From assembly GCA_012295275.1 (NCBI GenBank), contig CM022667.1, forward strand, positions 19,902,001-19,966,000: DNA of 64,000 nt, written 5' to 3'. The DNA comes from Chrysomallon squamiferum (lineage: Eukaryota; Animalia; Mollusca). Positions 57,893-64,000 of the stretch are shown one piece after another. The translations under genes and the position numbers were made by a program. Positions within the stretch are counted from its first letter, which is position 1, and each line of letters starts with the position of its first letter. Below the pieces are notes generated by a model. That model searched no databases, was not told where the DNA came from, and saw nothing but the letters and a program-made list of their open reading frames with translations.

Positions 57893-59231
57893 GAGACACA
57901 ATGCTCAAACCTACTAAGACTATGTTGTTTAAAGAGATCAGTGAACTGAAGTTGGAAGAAATAAAGATCATTATTGTTTGTTTTCAGCGACATCATCAGT
58001 TAATGTTACCCATTCCAGGTTAAAATGTGCTACGGCCATTCTGCTTGCCCAGTTCAGATCTATTAACAAGGCAAACAATATATATATGTAATGTATTAGA
58101 AAAATATTAGCAGTTAATGTATTAAAGGTTATTACTTTCAGATAGAAGTGTAAAGGTATCTAATGTAACATGGTTAGTCTTGGTCTTTGTAGGTATCGTG
58201 TAGATTTACAGCTTAGCGTAGTGGACAAACCAGTGAAAACAGACAACTGTATGATGATTATAGGTGAGAGAAAAACATATCACAACCACAGCTGGTTCTT
58301 AATGTACCAGCTAAAAGTTTTAAAACATTTGATCATTTCAACTCATCATGATGAAATTAACTGTCATTATTTAATTTCATTTTAAAACATTTTCAAAACC
58401 TGAAACTTACAAGATCCTGTATTCCAGAGTGAAATAGTTGAAAATCTGTTTTTTTAACTTTCACAAACCATTTAATCCTATGCACTGTTTCTTAAATATT
58501 TTTCCACTCCTAATTTAAAAGCTTTTCAAGCTTCACTACAAATGTCATCTGAATAGTATGTATTGCCACTAACACACTGATTATTTTCAAACTTGTCAAT
58601 TTTATTTTTTAACTTCTGCTATCAGTAAAGTATACTGAGGGGATCTGATAATTGAACACTGAAGGGAGACATAGTTTTACAATCACAATGATCTGAGACA
58701 TTTCTTGCTAATGTTTTTTTCTATCTTCAAATTATCAGTTATAACAAGATGGTTTTAAAAATCATGAGATTCAAGACAGCACATTAAATAAAGTTATAGA
58801 TCTGATAAAGCCTAATAAGATATTCAAAGTAAAGACAAAAAAAAAATAAAATAAAGAGAAAAACAAAAGTTAAAAACAGTTTCACAATCCAAGCTGCTGT
58901 CTATGGTTAGTAACTTTACTTAGGTGTGGTCCATATATAACAATAACTCTTCATTTTTTTTTCACACCTGTAACTTCCTCACCTGGATTTCTCAAGTAAA
59001 TAATCGTCAAAAATATTTACTTTTTAATAATTATAAACATTTTTTTTACACGTCTGTTGTTTTGTCCAAAAAATAAAAAATAAATAAACAGTCCTCAAAA
59101 CGGTACATGAAATATAATTCACAATTCTGAACTTCCATGAATCTGTTTGTGTGTGGGTGTAGTTCACCTTTAATGTGGAAGTCTGTATCACAATCCGCTA
59201 TCAATCACAAAAAAAACCCCATTCACTTTGT

Positions 59232-61322
59232 TCACTTGGCTGCAGAGTCCGGAGAGTGAACTTTGTTCTGGTTAATGAGAGAAATCGAAGTTCTGCCTGC
59301 GCGGACAATTTCCGTCACTAATGCTTTACAGTCACAGCAGATGTTCATGAGGGGGCCTTTGTTCTCCACCGCGGGCGAGGGTTTCACCAGCATCGACTGG
59401 GATCGCTGCAGTGCTTTCTTCCTGCCGGGTCTGTTGTCCAGGTTCACCCGACCCGTGGACTGTGCCTCGCCCGATGCTGAACCAGCAGGAGCAGAGCTGA
59501 AACACACGTTTGTAAGTTATTTGTAAAACACATGTTTGTAAGTTAGTTGTGAAACACATGTTTTGTAAGTTAGTTATGAAACACACATTTGTAAGTTAGT
59601 TGTGAAACACACGTTTGTAAGTTAGTTGTGAAACACACATTTGTAAGTTAGTTTTGAAACATGAGTTTGTAAGTTAGTTTTGAAACACGAGTTTGTAAGT
59701 TAGTTGTGAAACACGTGTTTGTAAGTTAGTTGTGAAACAAGTTTTGTAAGTTATTTGTGAAACACACATTTGTAAGTTAGTTGTGAAACACACGTTTGTA
59801 AGTTAGTTGTGAAACACACGTTTGTAAGTTAGTTTTGAAACATGAGTTTGTAAGTTAGTTTTGAAACACGAGTTTGTAAGTTAGTGGTGAAACACGTGTT
59901 TGTAAGTTAGTTGTGAAACAAAAGTTTGTAAGTTATTTGTGAAACACATGTTTGTAAGTTAGTTGTGAAACACGTTTGTAAGTTAGTTGTGAAACACGAG
60001 TTTTGTAAGTTAGTTGTGAAACACGTTTGTAAGTTAGTTGTGAAACACATTTGTAAGTTAGTTGTGAAACACGTTTGTAAGCAATTTGTGAAATGCAGTT
60101 TGTAAGTGATTTGTGAAACACAGTTTGTAAGTGATTAATGAAACAGTTGTAAATCTTGTTTATGAATAAAACAATATTATTACTCAGTGTGTGTTGTGTT
60201 GTGTTTGTACGTGAGTGGGAAAGTGATAGAATATTTGTATGTGTATGTCTGTGAGTATGTGTATGTCTGTGAGTATGTGTGTGTGTGTGTGAAATGTGTT
60301 GATATATCAGTTTGGGAGTGTGACAGATTATGTCTATACATGTGTATGTTATGACAGTGTGAAAGTGTTTATGTGATTATGAGGGCATATGTTCCTGTCT
60401 GCCTATGTATTTGTGCATGCATGCATATATGTTCAGGTGTATGTATGATTGTGTGGGTGATTGTGTTTGTTTAAGGCAGTTCAATAAATATACAAAAGAA
60501 AAGAAAACCCATAAAAATTGATATAAATGTTTAGACTAAAATGGATACAAATATATTTGAAAAGGGAGATAAATGATCTGCCAAGGAGCAGACAACTCAC
60601 TTGATGAACCTCTGAATGGCTTCTTTGGTCTCAGGGCTGATGGGTGTGGGACTGAGTGTGTACACAGGAATATTCTTGAAATGTTCTGTTGGGACGTGCA
60701 TCTGAAAGACAAGACAGGTGTTAATTAAGTCACATAAATCTGCAACATCGTCCACATTTAATAACAAACTTTAAATTTTCTATTAAATAATATGTCCCAA
60801 AAACTAATTTAATTTTTTTTTTAAATACAAAAAAATGTCTTAAAAATGTTTTCATTAATAATTTTTATATATATATATAGATATTATTTTTTAATTCATA
60901 TCTTATATTTTTCTTTTCTTTTGAGTTGTAAATTATTTCATTGATGGGTGAGTAAATTTGATCTGATTTTCTGGTCAGCCATTGTACAAATGCTGGTTTC
61001 CTATCAGTTGTTTCACCTTTCTGAGACATTTACTGCACACTGTTCTCTTGCAGAACTTGCACTTTGTACCCCACTCTCCAAAAATTGTAAATTTGCTCTT
61101 CTTACATGTGAAACAGAGCTGAAAATGGAAAATAAAAACATTATAAGAAAATATCATAGTTTCTTTTCATGTCTTTTGGAATAAATACACTGGAAATAAT
61201 GTTCAATGGCATATATTCTGATAATAAACATGATATAAAGAGAGGTTAAAAGAGATGATGGATGCCCTTCATTAGAAATTGACTTTTAATTTATTTAACT
61301 TTTATTTTTTATTATTATTAAC

Positions 61323-61382
<60 letters not shown>

Positions 61383-62011
61383 ATTTTTTTGTTCAAAGAT
61401 CCAGGGTCACAAGATCATTCTTGGCAGAATAAAGGAAGTGTAAAATTATCTTTGTTGTTCTTGTTGTTTTCTGCAAGAATTTTCCATTCTGCAAGTCAGT
61501 GATGAAGGTTACATCATAAGATCACTAGTACTTTAGCTTAATTTAAGCCCTAAAGTTTAATTTACTTTGTCATCTAATTTTGTGCTTTTTATATCCAGTA
61601 AGGGTAAAAATATCAAGAGCTGGGAATATGAATTGTGACATAATTTGGCACCAAAACTGGTAACACATTGGAACATTTTTCTAAATTTGTTTAAATTTTA
61701 AATGTAAATACTGGTGTAAGACTTGAGTTTAAAATCTTTAGAGTTTATCAGGCTGTAGAATGTTAAGAAACACTGAATGTGTCGAATTCAAATTACTGAA
61801 TGAAAAGCTTCAAGAAAATTTATATAATTGTTCGTTTCGGCAGTTTTAAGTGAGACAAAGACCAACAAGTTACCTTTCCCTTGGACACCTGTGAGTAGAG
61901 TGTGGGCTGAGTGAGCAGTGATTCCAGTTCAGCCTTTGTGAGAACTGATCTGATGTGAGTCACCTCTTCCAAGGTCAAGTTCAAACATTCTATTGGATTC
62001 TGCCAGCGTTT
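59232..62011 (-). CDS. SPIRE: Protein spire (actin nucleator), last four coding exons: Spir-box and FYVE-like zinc finger; 5' part is outside the window
   Basis: Exons: 62011-61874 (NPIECLNLTLEEVTHIRSVLTKAELE...KGK), 61118-61017 (LCFTCKKSKF...KCKFCKRTVCSKCLRK), 60701-60601 (MHVPTEHFKNIPVYTLSP) and 59496-59232 (...MNICCDCKALVTEIV...stop). All are GT-AG with consistent phases. Confidence 0.92.
59497..60146 (-). repeat. ~24-26-bp minisatellite, ~25 copies, forming the 3' end of the last spire intron
   Basis: Minus-strand unit AACTAACTTACAAACGTGTGTTTCAC. The final copy ends TTTCAG, which is the real acceptor. Confidence 0.93.
61323..61380. repeat. (TA)n microsatellite
   Basis: Direct inspection. 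Confidence 0.95.
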
Positions 62012-64000
62012 CTGTCAAAAACAACTTCACTGTTACCAATCATGTAACCAAGTATAACCACTTCCTCTGACACAAAAATAACAGTCACAAAATAATAATA
62101 AACAACAGGTTATAATATCTGGGTGAAAAATTAAACATACTAACAAAGAATGAACGCAGCATTTGCTGTGATATATTTATATAAAAGTAATTTGAGAAAA
62201 CCAATTGTGAAAATTATGATATAAAATTAATTTTTTGAAAATAATGAATTAAGATTTATTTTATGTAAATTATTAAATAAAACTGATAATTTAAAATATG
62301 AAATAAAATTAATTTTGTGAATATTATCAAATAAAAATTGTTTTATGTAAATTATTAAACTAAATTTATAACAGTATACAATGTAACATCAAATATTTTT
62401 GCTTCAGTTTATCTCTTATTATGAATACAAAGATTCACTGTTAAAAAATTTTAAATAAAATTTAGTGAAATTACTAGAATTGTTAATTTTTAATATTACA
62501 TCAATTAAAACAGTAATTTGTTGTTTATCAAATAAGATAATTTATTTTTTAAATAAATTTCATAACAAATAATTTTTTAATTTTAGCAGTTTATATTACA
62601 ATTAACTAAATCCTTCGTTATTTTTAGTTCACAGAATTATGTAAAACAGAAATACATTTTAAAAAACAAAATTCAGACCAAAACAAATTCAAAAATTAAA
62701 AAGAAATTAAAAATTTAAAAAACAAAATCAAAACAGAAAACAACCAAATTTGCAAATTCAAACAAATGAACAAATAAATAACAAACTAAACAAAAATTAA
62801 AACAAAACAGTTATTTTGTTCTTTGAAGGGACATGCTCATGCAATGCTAAAACTGCAGTCAACTAAAAAAAAAAAAGGAAACCAGAAAGAATGAAAGGGG
62901 AGACAACTGAAGTGTTTTAAATGAAATAAAAGTAAATACAATCTGTAAGATTTACTGTGTTTTTACATTATTTCACATACTGAAACAAAACAAATCTTTA
63001 TCAAACACATCCTATACTTCTTCAAAAAATGTAACATTGCAATTGTTATTTTTTTAAATAAAATGTGTGTGTGTGTGTTTGTGCAAGTGTACACATAGCC
63101 ACACACACACACACACACACCATATATTTCTGTTTTTGAAAAAGATAAATAACTGAGTTTATTTTGATAATTAACAACATTTTTAAATGATGGTGATTGT
63201 AACTAAAACATTATTAGTGGAATACTGCAATGTAAAACAGTTTTATTAAAATCTTACACACATTTTGTTGAAATGGGCTTCATATACATTTGTCATGATA
63301 CAGTTCATAAGATAATTTAATATTACAAACATTAACCCTGTATATTATGTCAACAAAACAATTTATTATTACTAACACTAACCTGTATATTACATTGAAA
63401 ACATAATTTATTATTCTGTAACCTGATATTTTATATTTATAATCCACAAAATAATTTATCACTATACATTAACCATTCATTATAATAAACAGTAACAAGA
63501 GGTTTTATGTTTACATCTACAAAATAAGCTGTTCTCCTCAGTAACAAGACATTTGTATCTATAAAATACTTATCATTACATTCAGTAATATGATATCAGG
63601 TGTTTGTGTCTGAAAAAATAAATCATTTAGGAAGCACAAATCAATTTACAAGAATTTTCTTTCTGGTGTGATAATTATTTTCTAGGAAAATCAATAAAAA
63701 TGTCTGAACCAAGACAAAAAATAAAAAAAGTAAAAATATTGTAAGCTGTTATCTAATTAAGAAGTCTGTTTAAATCTGGTATGAAAATGTCACATGCATA
63801 AAAGAAGGTTTAACTGGGAATGGTGTCTTTTTTATGCATCCACATTTGTTTTGAACTTTTTTTTTTTCTCATATCTCATACTTTTAAGGATAAAAATAAT
63901 GCAAGAAAGAAAAAACAGAGTTTGAGAAATTTGAGAAATGAAGGAAAATCTACAGCAGCAGAGAACCAGTCAAACATTACCATCTTGTTTTAACTGAAAA

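Noticed and set aside
59263-60121. Overlapping ORFs 59263-59526(+), 59332-59586(-) and 59933-60121(-)
   Set aside because: They are antisense or alternate frames of the spire last exon and translations of the adjacent minisatellite.

Overview
This is AT-rich, intron-rich animal genomic DNA, not prokaryotic. An invertebrate, possibly a mollusc, is an inference from composition and gene structure. Hand-splicing gives three complete + strand genes: OSGEP/Kae1 (12 coding exons, 8236-15750, with one apparent +1 frameshift), CDT1 (11 coding exons, 17068-26220) and TBC1D32/BROMI (33 coding exons, 29392-52098, ~1299 aa). The 3' part of a - strand spire gene (Spir-box/FYVE-like region, 62011-59232) converges on TBC1D32. 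Each complete gene carries a GT-AG U12-type (minor spliceosome) intron. Also present are a LINE 3' remnant, DNA-transposon MITE relics and many microsatellites. The most unusual pattern is that several introns of TBC1D32 and spire end in minisatellites whose unit is, or contains, the 3' splice junction itself. Only the last copy gives the conserved reading frame, and many upstream copies carry AG|GT or internal donor motifs. Most short ORFs in the supplied track are exon read-throughs or microsatellite noise.
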